This document shows positions 24,222 through 36,087 of a stretch of 64,000 bases of DNA, in pieces. The notes below the pieces were generated by a model. It saw nothing but the letters and a program-made list of their open reading frames with translations, did not search any database and had not been told where the DNA came from. Each line of letters begins with the position of its first letter. The stretch's first letter is position 1. The stretch covers positions 9,178,001 to 9,242,000 of the forward strand of contig CM119372.1 in assembly GCA_051294905.1 (NCBI GenBank). Direction: 5' to 3'. The position numbers and the translations under genes are program-made. This DNA comes from Botryllus schlosseri. Lineage: Eukaryota.

Positions 24222-26876
24222 CTATTTTTTTAGAGCGTTGCCTCTCTTGTTCGACTGCCAAATCGAATTCTTAATAGTCACCGCATCGATGCTAACGGAC
24301 AATGTTTTGGAAGGCAGCGACGCGAAAGACTTGCGCCCGGAATTATACTTGAACAGCCGGTCGATCATGTTCGGTAAGATACAACTGGGGCCGCTGCCGT
24401 ACAGCTTCAGCAACTTCTCCGTTTCCGGGTCGTAAGTGTACAGAGCGCGAAACTGACATTTGGTGTCGCGGAACAAGATCATGAAATGTCTCTCCTCCGA
24501 TAGCTCAAACGCTTGAAGTGCGTGGGAACGAGCTATCTCGTTCACTTTACCCGGCAGACAGCAGTGGCAAATAGCGTTGTGTATGATATGCTTGTTCGAT
24601 TTCGAACTCGGCTCCTTGTATAATTTCGGACCGTTATAATCCGCCGATACGGCAGACGAAGTCGCAGACTCTGTCTCCCACTCGAGCCGTCCGCCAGTAG
24701 AAAGTCTTTTCGCCCGCAAACTTCTCAAACTAGGTGCGTGGCTGCCTGCTTCGCTGTGAACCGCCGTCCCTACTTCGCTGACATTCGACACTGATCCGGC
24801 TAGCGATGAAGAGTACGGGTGTCCCTTTTTATCTTGCGGTTTCGCATGCTTTTTCGTCGTCGCGATTATATCGCCGGTGTCACGCATTCTCTGGCTCTCT
24901 TCCTGTTCCATTTTTCGTTTTTTATGCTCATCTAAAATATGCTGACGCTTTATCTTATCCTCCTCACGTTTCGCGTTTGCCTCTTCTTGCTTAATCCTGG
25001 TTTCTTCCTTCTTCCGTTCCTCCTCTCTTTCTCTCTCAGCCTTTTTCCTCTTCAATTCCTCCTCCTTCTTCAGTTGCTTTAGGAGAAACAACTCCTTCTT
25101 TTTTGCCATTAACGTATTGGGGGTCGCGTCGTCTATAAGTTCGAATCCCTCGCCGCCTTTTCGATTGCGATCGGCAGTTCTCAGCAGCGAGCCAGGCGAG
25201 TCATTGCTATCGGCTTTTTCAGGATTTGGTTCAATTATATTGACTTGCCGCGTCGGTGACTGGTGAGGCGTTGATTTGTTTGCGTCTTTTTCAGAGATGA
25301 CTTCGGAAAATGAGTTGTAAGTGAACAGCAAATTACTTCTGACCGAGCCTTGATTCGGATCCAAATTTTCTTGTTGAAAAAGTCTATCGGAGTCACCAGC
25401 GGGTAGAGATTTGCCACCATGCCACGTTGAGACACCGGATACGTTTGGCACAGTCTTTCTGCCTAAATCTCCCAATATTTCGGAGCCAACGATTTCCCCA
25501 GACGTCGCAACGTTTGGCGCATCACCGTCAGATTTTTTGGGTGTAAATCCGTCCCGAGTACGATTTGACGATGGTGAAGATACACGAGGCAATGAGTGAT
25601 CCAACGTTGACGGTGTGTCGTATGAATTATATGCATTCGGTGTGAGTAGATCGTATGATTTTATTGATGCCTGTTGATGTGTCTCGTGCATTGTCGGCGG
25701 CAACGGTATTGAACTTGTATGCTGGCTCGAGACTCCATGACGTTGATGAAATGATTGGGTTGAACTAACTTCATGAAAGCTTGGTTCGCCAACCTCATAA
25801 TGAGGTGCGGGAATACTTTCATTTCCGTTTAAAATAGGACGGAAATATTCAGTGTTAACATCTCCTTGCAATTTTGAATCACTCAGATATACTTCGCCGT
25901 GTTCAAGATTATCAGAAAACAAGATCCTCCTCGATTCCTTTGAACGTCTGTTCGAAATAACCTGTTTTCCGGGTGACATATTCGATTCCGACGGGGTGAA
26001 GACGCTTTGTTGCATTGAATTAGGCGAGATTGTTTCGGCAAGGTAAGTAGAGTCCAGATCCACGCTGCCTGTGCCTTGTCCTTTGTTATTATTATTATTT
26101 ACTGATATCAGAGACATGTTGACGAAATTGTGAGAACGGGGAGACGATTCATTGGCGAACCCGCATGTTTTCGGGCTTGGAGAATTATCGGGAACATCAT
26201 CGGTGGATAGAGCAGCATCAAGTTCACGTTGTAAACTAAGCAGATCGTTGGACCAAAGATCTTCCCTCAAACGTTTTTCGTTCTCGATTAAATCGCGACG
26301 ATCTGACTTTTTCATCCTTCCCTTTTCAATCATTGTTTTTCTCTCCTCCATTTTCTTCAAAGTTTTTGTAAAATTTTTGTCGGCGGCCATATTACTGTGA
26401 CGTCTTTGAGCGTTTGGAGTGAATTTAACAGGCGGTCTTTCCATCCAGCTCATAGTCTTCACACTCCTGGGAGACGATTTCGGAAGTCTATTGGGATTGC
26501 GCAGTTTAACAGTTGCGCCGCCAATATTAATGTGGCTGCGGAATGCAGATACACCTGGCGATCGGGATGTTGGAATTGATGGGTCTCCCGCACCATCAAA
26601 CCCGTTCGTATCCGAATGTGTTCGCTCCCCATCAAAAGTTCTACGTGGCGTAGGAACAGGCGGACGATCGGCAGGTCTCATATGTAGGGTCTGACCGATT
26701 TTACTACGAATAAAATTGGTAGGATCTTGATAATCGCCGATTTGAAAAGATCCGCGCGATCGATCTCGACAGTCTACCAGCATGTTCTTTTGCAAATCGA
26801 AGATTGACACTTCTCCCGACACTGAATCTCCGTAAAATCCAGGCTTGACGGGGGACGAGTTGTCTACAGTACCCAT
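24222..26876 (-). CDS. CAMSAP: CAMSAP/Patronin-family microtubule minus-end protein; single coding exon (~884 aa) with no CH domain visible
   Basis: C-terminal CKK domain GPKLYKEPSSKSNKHIIHNAICHCCLPGKVNE...FMILFRDTKCQFRALY...LFKYNSGRKSF...SIDAVTI, preceded by the coiled coil MAKKKELFLLKQ...RQHILDEHKKRK. The ATG sits in a gccATGg context after an in-frame TGA. Confidence 0.9.
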   Translation of the reverse strand: MGTVDNSSPVKPGFYGDSVSGEVSIFDLQKNMLVDCRDRSRGSFQIGDYQDPTNFIRSKIGQTLHMRPADRPPVPTPRRTFDGERTHSDTNGFDGAGDPSIPTSRSPGVSAFRSHINIGGATVKLRNPNRLPKSSPRSVKTMSWMERPPVKFTPNAQRRHSNMAADKNFTKTLKKMEERKTMIEKGRMKKSDRRDLIENEKRLREDLWSNDLLSLQRELDAALSTDDVPDNSPSPKTCGFANESSPRSHNFVNMSLISVNNNNNKGQGTGSVDLDSTYLAETISPNSMQQSVFTPSESNMSPGKQVISNRRSKESRRILFSDNLEHGEVYLSDSKLQGDVNTEYFRPILNGNESIPAPHYEVGEPSFHEVSSTQSFHQRHGVSSQHTSSIPLPPTMHETHQQASIKSYDLLTPNAYNSYDTPSTLDHSLPRVSSPSSNRTRDGFTPKKSDGDAPNVATSGEIVGSEILGDLGRKTVPNVSGVSTWHGGKSLPAGDSDRLFQQENLDPNQGSVRSNLLFTYNSFSEVISEKDANKSTPHQSPTRQVNIIEPNPEKADSNDSPGSLLRTADRNRKGGEGFELIDDATPNTLMAKKKELFLLKQLKKEEELKRKKAEREREEERKKEETRIKQEEANAKREEDKIKRQHILDEHKKRKMEQEESQRMRDTGDIIATTKKHAKPQDKKGHPYSSSLAGSVSNVSEVGTAVHSEAGSHAPSLRSLRAKRLSTGGRLEWETESATSSAVSADYNGPKLYKEPSSKSNKHIIHNAICHCCLPGKVNEIARSHALQAFELSEERHFMILFRDTKCQFRALYTYDPETEKLLKLYGSGPSCILPNMIDRLFKYNSGRKSFASLPSKTLSVSIDAVTIKNSIWQSNKRGNALKK

Positions 26877-27438
26877 GGCAGTCAACCCGATTCAAGTTGC
26901 AATGCAGAAAATATGATGTGTAAACATTCTTAATGACATGAAGACAAAGAAAGCTGAACAAAGATTCAAAAGTTGATTCATAATGATCTGAAGTTTCACT
27001 AATAACGGCATGTTCCTAATCTTAAACATGTAAGCTATTTGTGCAAGTGCAACCAACACAATTTGTGTGAAATTAAGTCCGAGGTGATACAGAGAGGCGG
27101 TCAAAGTTGTCATGGTTGGTACTGAGTATCAGTATAAGTATTGTCTTAAATTTCTACTCAAGTACAAGTAGAAATAGCAAATTCCAATTAAGTAATCAAG
27201 TAAGTATTCTAAGTCTAGTCTTGCAAAAATACTCAATACTGGTAAGTAGCCTAGATAGACATAGAATTAGTTATAAAATCATACAGTAACCACTCGAATA
27301 ATTATTATAGTGCAAGTATACAAAGTAGCCTATACAAAATCGACTTGGGAGTACTTCAAAAAGTTCAAGTACTTCGCTACTGACCATCTCTGGTGATACA
27401 GAGGAGGTTGATTGAAACCAAAAGGCTATAGAAAAAGC

Positions 27439-28087
27439 GGCACTTCTTCGATAGTAGGTAGACATCGAAAAGTGTTCACCATGATCACCAATAAATGTTT
27501 TCCATGAACAGAACACGAACAAAAATGTATAAACGTTGAAATAATTTTTTTTGTGCCTTTGGAGAGACGGATATTAGGGTTGGGGTGGGCAGTATTAGGG
27601 TTGGGGAAAGGGGGATATTAGGGTTGGGGAGGGAGATGTTAGGCTTGGGGGAAATTAGGGTTATGGGAGGGGGATATTAGGGTTGGGGAAAGAGGGATAT
27701 AAAGGTTGGGGGAAATGGAGATTGGAGGTGGGTTAGGGTCAAAGTGGGGGTTAGGGTATCCCAAGATTACGGTAAGCGGTAAGGGGAGATATTAGGGTTG
27801 GGGTGAGGGACATGATATCCAACCCACTGTGACCCTAATCCACCTGCAATCCTCCTTTCCCCCAACCTTTATATCCCCCTTTCCCCAACCCTAATTTCCC
27901 TCAAGCCTAACATCCCCCTCCCCAACCCTATTATCCCCCGTTCCCCGGCCTTAATATCCGTCTCTCCAGAGGCACAAAAAAACAATTTATTCTGACGTTT
28001 ATAAATTTTTGTTCGTGTTCATGGGAAACATTCATCGGTGATCCTGGTGAACACTTTTCGATGTCTACCTACTATCGAAGAAGTGCC
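27439..28087. mobile_element. Palindromic (foldback) MITE, Merlin-like, with G-rich telomere-like internal repeats
   Basis: GGCACTTCTTCGATAG...CTATCGAAGAAGTGCC; arms are complementary over most of the length; perfect 8-bp TSD GAAAAAGC; internal GATATTAGGGTTGGGG units. Confidence 0.85.
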
Positions 28088-29030
28088 GAAAAAGCATCTC
28101 TTGGCCTATATGGAATCTCTGTCCATTTTTTGAAATAAATCCTGCGTGATGAGAGCTTTTCTATATAGAATAATTAAGGAATTAAACAGAAAATCCTGCG
28201 TGACGTTGCCACCAATTCCACTCCGGTCTCTTGGTGAGACATAGGGAGAAACCTGTTGAAATTTCAAAGTCAAAGCTTGCAATTTGAAAACAATATGATT
28301 TGGTTGTTTTCCTGCAGACAATAGACGTGCGCTAGTAGACTTGACACCAATGGACTTGGCATTACAATCAAATATAGGTGATTTTAATTTTCAATTGAGT
28401 TTGAGATACGGTATGTCTAAATATTCTGGATTTCCATTATATATCAATTTCTGAAACATACTAATGATATAAGAGAGTCAAGTTTCGCTTGCCCTTCCCA
28501 GCAATGATTCTTCTGGCTTAGGTACGCTATGATACTCTAATATAACTAACATAGCCCTGGCCCCTATGAATTTCATTTTCTCAGGTCTGCCTCTTCTAAC
28601 AATCACCCAAATACAAATTCTCTCAACTTGAATTATACATATACTAATATAGGCTGTATGCTTTCGAAGCATGGGATGGGTCCGATTCCGTGCGATAATA
28701 GCATATTTTAATCAACGAAACATCTTTAGTAGTATGTAGAGAAAAGCTAGCAGCGGTGAAATTCTCGTATAGTCGTATAACGGTCAGTAAATGATAAACA
28801 GTGCAGTTTCTAATCACAGATCGGTCATGCGAAACGAAAATGCACAATGACGTCATTAGTGAGCTTCAAGCTGAAATTGGGAATGTACGGATGATCGGGT
28901 TATAGAATTGAAAAAAAACGTGTTTAATCGTCCTCTGTCAAGGAAATGAAAGCAATGCTACATAGATGACATCAAAATTCGGCGCCACTGGCCTGTTAAA
29001 CCGGTGCCACCCTTTCGACGGGGTGAAGGC

Positions 29031-30561
29031 CAAGGGCGTAGCCAGAAAAAATATTTGGGGGGGGGGCGAAAAATTCGATGACGTAAAAGCCCCCCCTTGA
29101 AGATAAGACAAAAGTAGGTGAAAAACGATGGTCTTGGGCCCCTATTGGATGATTACCACAACATCCGGGGCGATCGTTATGCATATTCCACTCACAGATA
29201 TAAAGTGATGTTATAATAACATGATTGTGGAAAACTTTCGCGCGATGCGCGCAGATTTTTCACGGTTAATGAATGAAATTGGTTCATTATATTGTTACTT
29301 ACATATTGCAAATACGTTTTCATTATTAGATTTACCGGTAAGGCTGATAGAAGTGGTGTCATCGAATATTCAGGGGCGCTCAATTTGCAACTGGAACTGT
29401 ATGTTCATTGTTCATGTTCATACAGGGCCGTAACTGCACTTCGTCAGCCACCCCCCCCCCCCCGAAAACGTTGGTCTTGGGCCTCCATATGACGATAAGC
29501 CGAACTTCTGGGGGGCTCCACCCCCCTCAGGATATCCGCTGTTTACCGCAACTTGTCATTCAGATTGGGGGCCGTTCACTTAGGCAGCTTTTCTCGCCTA
29601 GTCGCGCTCAGCGCGAAAAATTTCTATAATTCTTGATTGAATCGGTCAATATGATCGGAAATTGCATATATATTGCTATCAATTTTTATCCTCTCTCTGC
29701 TCACGTAATCAGATTTACAGGTAGAACTGAGTGAGGTGTCTTGGAAACTGTAGGGCCCGTTGGTATGACTCCGTAACATGATGTTATTTTGTGACCTCCT
29801 GTCTGCTATATCAGAAAATATGGAATCGCCCAAACGTAGGCTACTAAACTAAAAGACGGACACGATTTCAAATTGGTTTTTCTTCTCTGCATATAATTTT
29901 TCCCTGCGCGATGGTATTTGTCTTGTGTGGTTCTGATTGCCAAGGCAGGAACATTCGGCGCCAGTCATTTAGGCGCCTGTGAACAATAAACCTATATGTA
30001 TTTTGTATATAAAACGTAGTTTTCGGTCAGCATAGGGCAGTACTTTTCGGCCAAGGTTTTCTCGCTGCCGATCGTTCTGGTACACTTCCCGAGTCGCATG
30101 TTACATGGCCTAAAACTTTATATGTCTTGCCAAATCGTGGCGCGGTTATGGCCAATGCCGACATGCCCATTTCTATAAATGTTGCGTATTTTTTCTTGGG
30201 GGAAAAGTACCCAAAAATCAAGATATTTGGCAACTGGAAATCGCGTATAGCGCGAAAATTTTTTGAAAAAGTTGCATAAATTTCCAAAAAAATACTCTAT
30301 AATATATGTTAATTTACGAAAAATTGAAAATGCATCTAAACTGAATTATGATTATTTTCGGATTTTTTTTTTCAGTAAACCGATAAAATCAAGACATCTA
30401 TGGACTCTAAATCGCGCGAAGCGCTAAGAAAATTTTTAGGTTGCATTCATCTGCCCCAAAGTACTGTAATATTTATTGATTTTAAGAAAATTTTCCAAAA
30501 TTTTTTTTTCTTTTTTTGGGGGGGCGATCGCTCCTTTCGCCCCTCCCTGACTACGCCACTG
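29031..30561. mobile_element. hAT-type non-autonomous element
   Basis: CAAGGGCGTAGCCAG...CTGACTACGCCACTG with perfect 8-bp TSD GTGAAGGC. Confidence 0.88.
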
Positions 30562-30720
30562 GTGAAGGCTACTTGTGGTGCTCAGTCTGTATTCAGTTCT
30601 CAGCACTCATTTCATTATTCTTCTGCTGGGTCATCCTTGCCTAGACCTGACCCAAATACGATAAGCCAGCGATTTCAAATACGACTCGTACTGCTCTCCC
30701 TCTCCAGTTGATGCTTGAAG

Positions 30721-31700
30721 CAGTGTTGGGATCAAGTCACTACCTTCGAGTCCCGAGTCATTTCGAGTCATTGCACATTTTGACTCGAGTCAAGTCAAGT
30801 CAATCGATTTTCGAAGGTGACTCGAGTCAAGTCAATAAGTCACTCGATTTTTGGAGGTGACTCGAGTCAAGTAGAGTTAAGTCAAGTCAAGTCACGAGTC
30901 AAGTCACAATTCAAGTCAAGTTGCCCTTTCAATGTATGAGGCATGATTACGTCATTGCATTTTACTAGCTGTCTGAAATACAGATTGAGTGGTCATTGAT
31001 TCTGAACCGATGAACGGATATAGAGGTAAATATACACACAAGAAGGCACTGTATCGCTCACAAATGCGTAGAGCTGTAAAACTACGTAACTAATTGCATA
31101 GCCTCAGTTTATAGTTCCCAGCCAAAATAGAGAGTTGAGAACGAATTGATAAGATGCAATACACTACCCATTTAGGAATTGATATGATACAATTCGAGCC
31201 CGCGCCAACGGTTGAGGACTATATAAACTATATTCGAATTCAATTTCAAATCAATAAAACATGAGGTTTGGTTAAGGTAAGGGGACAGAAATAGACATTC
31301 TGCTATTAAATTACTTTACTAGGCTACTAGTTTACGACAACCTAAGCTGTAAGCTTCGTTCACTTCGTTTGCGGTCAATTTATTTGTGAGAGAACAATTG
31401 AGGCTCGGTAAAACGCACGATCATTGAATGATTGGTCGCTCTCACGGGCTACACCAGCGTTTTGCGAACAATCTGACCATATGCAAAAGAGAGAGATTTT
31501 TATCGACACCGATTAGTTGATGACTTGAAATTGACTCGTTCATTTTGCTCCGAGTCACGAGTCAATCCACATTTCTGATACGCCGAGTCAAGTCAAGTCA
31601 AGTCATTTTAGCTAAGTGACTCGAGTCAAGTCAAGTCATACGAAAAAGGTGACTCGAGTCTGACTCGAGTCAAGTCATGACTCGAGTCATCCCAACACTG
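30721..31700 (+). mobile_element. hAT-type MITE, family D (CAGTGTTGGGAT termini, GACTCGAGTC/AGTCA subrepeats)
   Basis: CAGTGTTGGGAT...ATCCCAACACTG; perfect TSD GCTTGAAG; second copy at 47031. Confidence 0.92.
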
Positions 31701-31748
31701 GCTTGAAGTAGTGACCAACTGCTATTATAGCTATAGGACTACTTCAGA

Positions 31749-31975
31749 GAGCGAGATAGTGTAATGGTTATGCGTCCGGCTTCTCGAGCGGTAGGTCGTG
31801 GGTTCGATCCCCGGCCGGGTCATACCAAAGACTCGGCGCTCAGCAATCACGAATAGCATGGAGGAGAAAAAAACGGGGGCGGAGACTAGGTGACCTCATG
31901 GGGCCGTATCGCAACTCCGTCGTCAAAGCATCTCGATGGTGCAGGCGAAAAAGAATATATCATATCTCTCTCTCT
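31749..31975 (+). mobile_element. tRNA-derived SINE
   Basis: A-box TAGTGTAATGG and B-box GGTTCGATCCC, followed by GGGTCATACCAAAGACT and a non-tRNA body ending in (CT)n. The acceptor stem does not pair. Confidence 0.75.
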
Positions 31976-32074
31976 TAATCTGATGCAAATTTTATCTGAT
32001 CGCTGGTGATTTACTAAACAAGGCCATTTTCCGGGGTGGTAGATGCTCAGAAAACCGGTTTTCACGTCTACTTA

Positions 32075-32560
32075 CTTGGTTCGGTTCGGTTTATTTGCAA
32101 TTTTTATCAGTTCATTACACCACGAAAATGCGATACAATGACAATAAGATAGGAAGGTTTCGAAACGACTTGGAGTAGTCTTTGGAATCAGACACCCACC
32201 TTGGCCTCGAGGCGATGTAAAGAGGAGGCATGCACACAGAATGAAAAGTAAAAGAAGATAGTATAAAAGAAAGCAGGCGACAAAAAAAGGGATGACATGT
32301 CACGGGAGGCGAGATCGATAGGTCAGGTCATGGTCAGGTAATCTTGAGGGCGGACTAGTATTCATTTAGTAGAAATTGCTTGCATTTCGATTTGAATGTG
32401 CGGACATGCTCGTCGTCTGTCGGATGGCCTGCGGGATACTGTTCCACATGTCAGGTCCGGCATATTTGATAGAGCGATGATCTTTTCAGTCGATCATATG
32501 ATATTTGGACGACGTCGACGTGCGCGTGTTGTACTTATGCGCTTTGATTCTGTTGAGTTG
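32075..32560 (-). mobile_element. 5'-truncated CR1/L2-group (Crack-like) LINE 3' end
   Basis: Shares its 3' UTR with copies at 33835, 34262, 36495 and 61675. On the minus strand it ends in AATAAA plus (CCGAA)n. Confidence 0.7.
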
Positions 32561-32812
32561 ACCTTATTTTTCGCGTCACATGCAGAACACTCTGCCTTCA
32601 CGTGCATTTTTGACCGTGTTAATTAAATATATCTCACTGCATGTTCTAACATTTTCGCACCCTGTCGCCCCCAAGTTGCCCCCTTCGGCATCTTCACCCA
32701 TTGTTTCTCAAAATCGCCCACTGGGGGGCGATATCGCCTCGCCCACGTTGAGGTTGAGTTGTGAACCACTGGCTATAGGCCAAAGAATGGAGAAGCGAAT
32801 AATTCTAGATTT

Positions 32813-33400
32813 TTGGCCTAGGCGATGTAAAGAGGAGGCATGCACGCTGAAAGCAAAAAGGACGAGCAACAAAATGAGCTGGTAGGCTATATGTGACGAC
32901 AGGCGAGATCGGTATGTCAGGTCGTGGTCCCGTGAAGTAGAGGGTCGACTAGTATTCATTCAGTAAAACTTGCATGATTGTATATCGACTTGAATGCTCG
33001 GCAACTGGCGGATAGCAGGCGAGATACTGTTCCACATTAAGTCCGGCATATTTGATGGAGCGGTGATCTTTCGCGTGGATCATATGATAGCCTACCTGAA
33101 CGACGAGAACGCGCGTGTGTTGTGTTGTGCTTATGCACTTTTGGTACCCAGGTAAAGAAGGCAATTTCTAGTTTCCGCATATCTTTTATGTTTAGGACAC
33201 GGAATCTTTTGAACAGTGATTTGTTTGACGCACAACCTGGCTCCATGCATTGATGCCCTGGCTATGATGTCTAGGATCTGATGTTGAAGTTTTTGCAGTG
33301 GCTTGAGTGCGCTAACACTTGTCTGGTAGCTCCCCAGCAGAAGATACCATACTATGATTTCGATTGGAATAAAGAGTATTAGAAGGAACCAGCGCGGCAT
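32813..33400 (-). mobile_element. Crack-like LINE fragment with ORF2 C-terminal remnant
   Basis: Peptides ALKPLQKLQHQILDII, SLFKRFRVLNIKDMRKLEIAFF and RSIKYAG resemble the post-RT region of Crack/Daphne ORF2, followed by the shared 3' UTR. Confidence 0.75.
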
Positions 33401-33423
33401 GAAGTGTCCAAGTTACAACAGGC

Positions 33424-34745
33424 CAGAGGTGGTCGGTAACGGAGTACTTCTACCTTTTCGAAGTACTCAAGTAGTTTCCGCTACTTGCACTACTTACTCA
33501 AGTATATCTAATCCTCCGCTACTTCTACTTCACAATATTTTGTGATCTACTTACTTACTTACTTCAGTTTGTCAAGTAGTAGTAGCTTAATCCTCCAATC
33601 AGAAATATAGCCTGAGGAATTTCGGGTCTGTTTTCACCAGAGATATCTAAAAAACGTTTTAGATATCCCTGGTTTTCACGGAGTACCAACATTTAACTTT
33701 CATGAAGCCCAGAATTTTCGTCGTGCTTCGCGCACAGTAGATATCGAGTGACAAATATGTTTTCACGAAAGTATCGGTGAATATCATTTAGGTGGCGGGT
33801 GGCGTGGTTCCGTTCACACCGCAGTATCAGTATTAATATTTTAATCATTCCAAAACACAACAAAATTGCGATACAATGAAAAGATAGGAAGGTGCCGAAA
33901 CGACTTGGAGTAGTCTTTGAGATCAGACACCCACCTTGGCCTAGGCGAAGTAGAGAAGATGGCACGCACACTGAATGAAAAGTAAAGCAGAGAATATAAA
34001 AGGCAAGCGACCAAATGATGTGGCATGTGGCGGAAGGCGCGATCGATGTTAGGTCGTGGTTCGGTAATCTTGAAGGCTGACTAGTATTTATTTAGAAGAA
34101 GTTGCTTGTATTTCGGATAACAGGCGAGATGCTGTTCCACAGTTGGGGTCTGGCATACTTGATAGAGCAATGCATTTTCTTGTATTCCGTCCTGATCATA
34201 TGGCAATTGTTGATCTTCGTTGACGTGCGTGTGCAGTAGGCTACTTGTGCGCATTGTCGCCCATATCAAATATTTCATCCCGCCGTCCATCCGACAGTCG
34301 ACGAGCATGTCCACATTCAAGTCGAAATACAAGCAATTACTACTAAATAAATACAGTCCATCCTCAAGATTACCGGACCACGACTGACCTATCGATCTCG
34401 CTTCCCATGACATGCCGCCCTATTTCTTGTCGCATTCTTTTTCTATACTATCTTCTTTACTTTCATTCAGTGTGCATGCCTCCTCTTTACATCGCCTAGG
34501 CCAAGGTGGGTGTCAGATTCCATAGACTACTCCTTGTCGCTTCGACATCTTCCTGTCTTTTCATTGTATCGCATTTTTGTGGTGTATTGAACTGATAAAA
34601 TTGCTAATAAACCAATGATGATGATGATGATAAATACGGCTCAGCATAACGTTTGAAACTACTACAATCCAGCAATTTCCTATCATGTCGTAATCCAACA
34701 GCCCATGGCATCTCCTAATCTGGAAAAGTGGACTCTTGACTTTTT
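33424..34745 (-). mobile_element. Family B element (CAGAGGTGGTC termini, AGTAGA/TACTTC-rich), partial, interrupted by LINE tails
   Basis: Reverse complement of the right part of 34865-36087; homology resumes after the 33830-34630 insertion. Confidence 0.7.
33835..34635. mobile_element. Two back-to-back Crack-like LINE 3' ends (minus 33835-34260, plus 34262-34635)
   Basis: The same 3' UTR occurs in opposite orientations; the plus copy ends in AATAAA..(ATG)n. Confidence 0.7.
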
Positions 34746-34864
34746 TGAGCGTTAGACCGTTTTAGTATACGACTGTTGAAACTTTCTGGACAACAATATT
34801 AAATAGCCTATATTTTCTGCTTTGTTCGTGTTAATCAAGGGTTAGTATCGCATTTCCATATCAA

Positions 34865-36087
34865 CAAAGGTGGTCAAAGTAGCCAAGAAAGCTACTCAAG
34901 TAGAAGTAGAAGTAGCGACGAAAAAATCTACTCAAGTACGAGTAGAAGTAATTGTTCAATAAGCCACCTGAAACTACTTGAAGTTGAAGTAGAATTGACT
35001 GACTTTAAATCTACTCAAGTAAGTAGTTTTGAAAACAGTCTCAATTCGTTCGCATGGACTGTTAAAATCTGCAAATTGACCTATGGGAAGGTGCATGCAG
35101 AAAGCTTGATTCGTATTGATGCATCCCAAGAGGAATCCATTTTCAACATAATAGGCATTCTTAAATACGATACTAACCCTTTGTTACTAGAGAACTCCGT
35201 TTTAGAGAACATCATGGCATGGCACCCTAACCCATATTATAAGGCCCCAAGTTTGGGCGAAGAGCAATACGGAGAAGTTGTATCGGATACGGTTTCAACA
35301 CTCTGCGCGATTAGTATACGGTAATAACAAATATTGTGGATCGTAAAATTTTTAGTGTAACTTTATTTTCGGAAAATAGGGGCATTACTACACTTGCTTT
35401 TATGCTTCAACATGTATGTCCTGCAGAAAAAAGGAACTGAAAGTAATTGGAACTCAAAGCATGATACTCGGAATTGAAAGTGAAATACAAATATCACCTC
35501 TAAAAAGCGGAAAATATATCTCATGTCTTTTGTCCATAAAGCTTCAAAGGTGACGTTAAAAAAGCCAGATTTTCCAGATTAGCAGGACACGTCATTGGCT
35601 GCTAGATTACGATATGATAGGTGATTGCTAGACTGCAAAACGGTATCGTTTCAAACGTTATGGTGGGCCATATTTACTGTGATGAAATATTTTATATGGG
35701 CGACAATGCGGTGTGAGCGGAACCAAGCAATCCGGTACCTAAATTATATTCACTGATACTTTCGTGAAAACATAGTTGTCACTCCATAACTACTGTGCGC
35801 GAAGCGAAACAAAATTTCTGGGCTTTACTTGACTTTTATGAATATTATATGTTGGTACTCCGTGAAAACAGCCCCGAAATTCCTCAGGCTATCTTTCGTA
35901 TTGGGAGTTAAACTACTTCTACTTGACAAACTGAAAATAGCGAAAAGTAAGTAAGTAGATCACAAAATATTACGAAGTAGAAGTAGAAGTAGAGAAAGTC
36001 AGATATACTTGAGTAAGTACCAGAAGTAGAGGGAAACTACTTGAGTACTTCTAAAAAGTAGAAGTACTTCGTTACTGACCACCTCTG
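34865..36087 (+). mobile_element. Family B non-autonomous element (probably hAT), near full length
   Basis: CAAAGGTGGTCAAAGTAG...GTTACTGACCACCTCTG with AGTAGAAGTA subrepeats; related pieces at ~27110-27391, 36120-36436, 49914-51208 and in TBCC intron 2. Confidence 0.7.

Noticed and set aside
31749..31822. Functional tRNA gene
   Set aside because: A and B boxes are present, but the acceptor stem is unpaired and the sequence continues into a SINE body.
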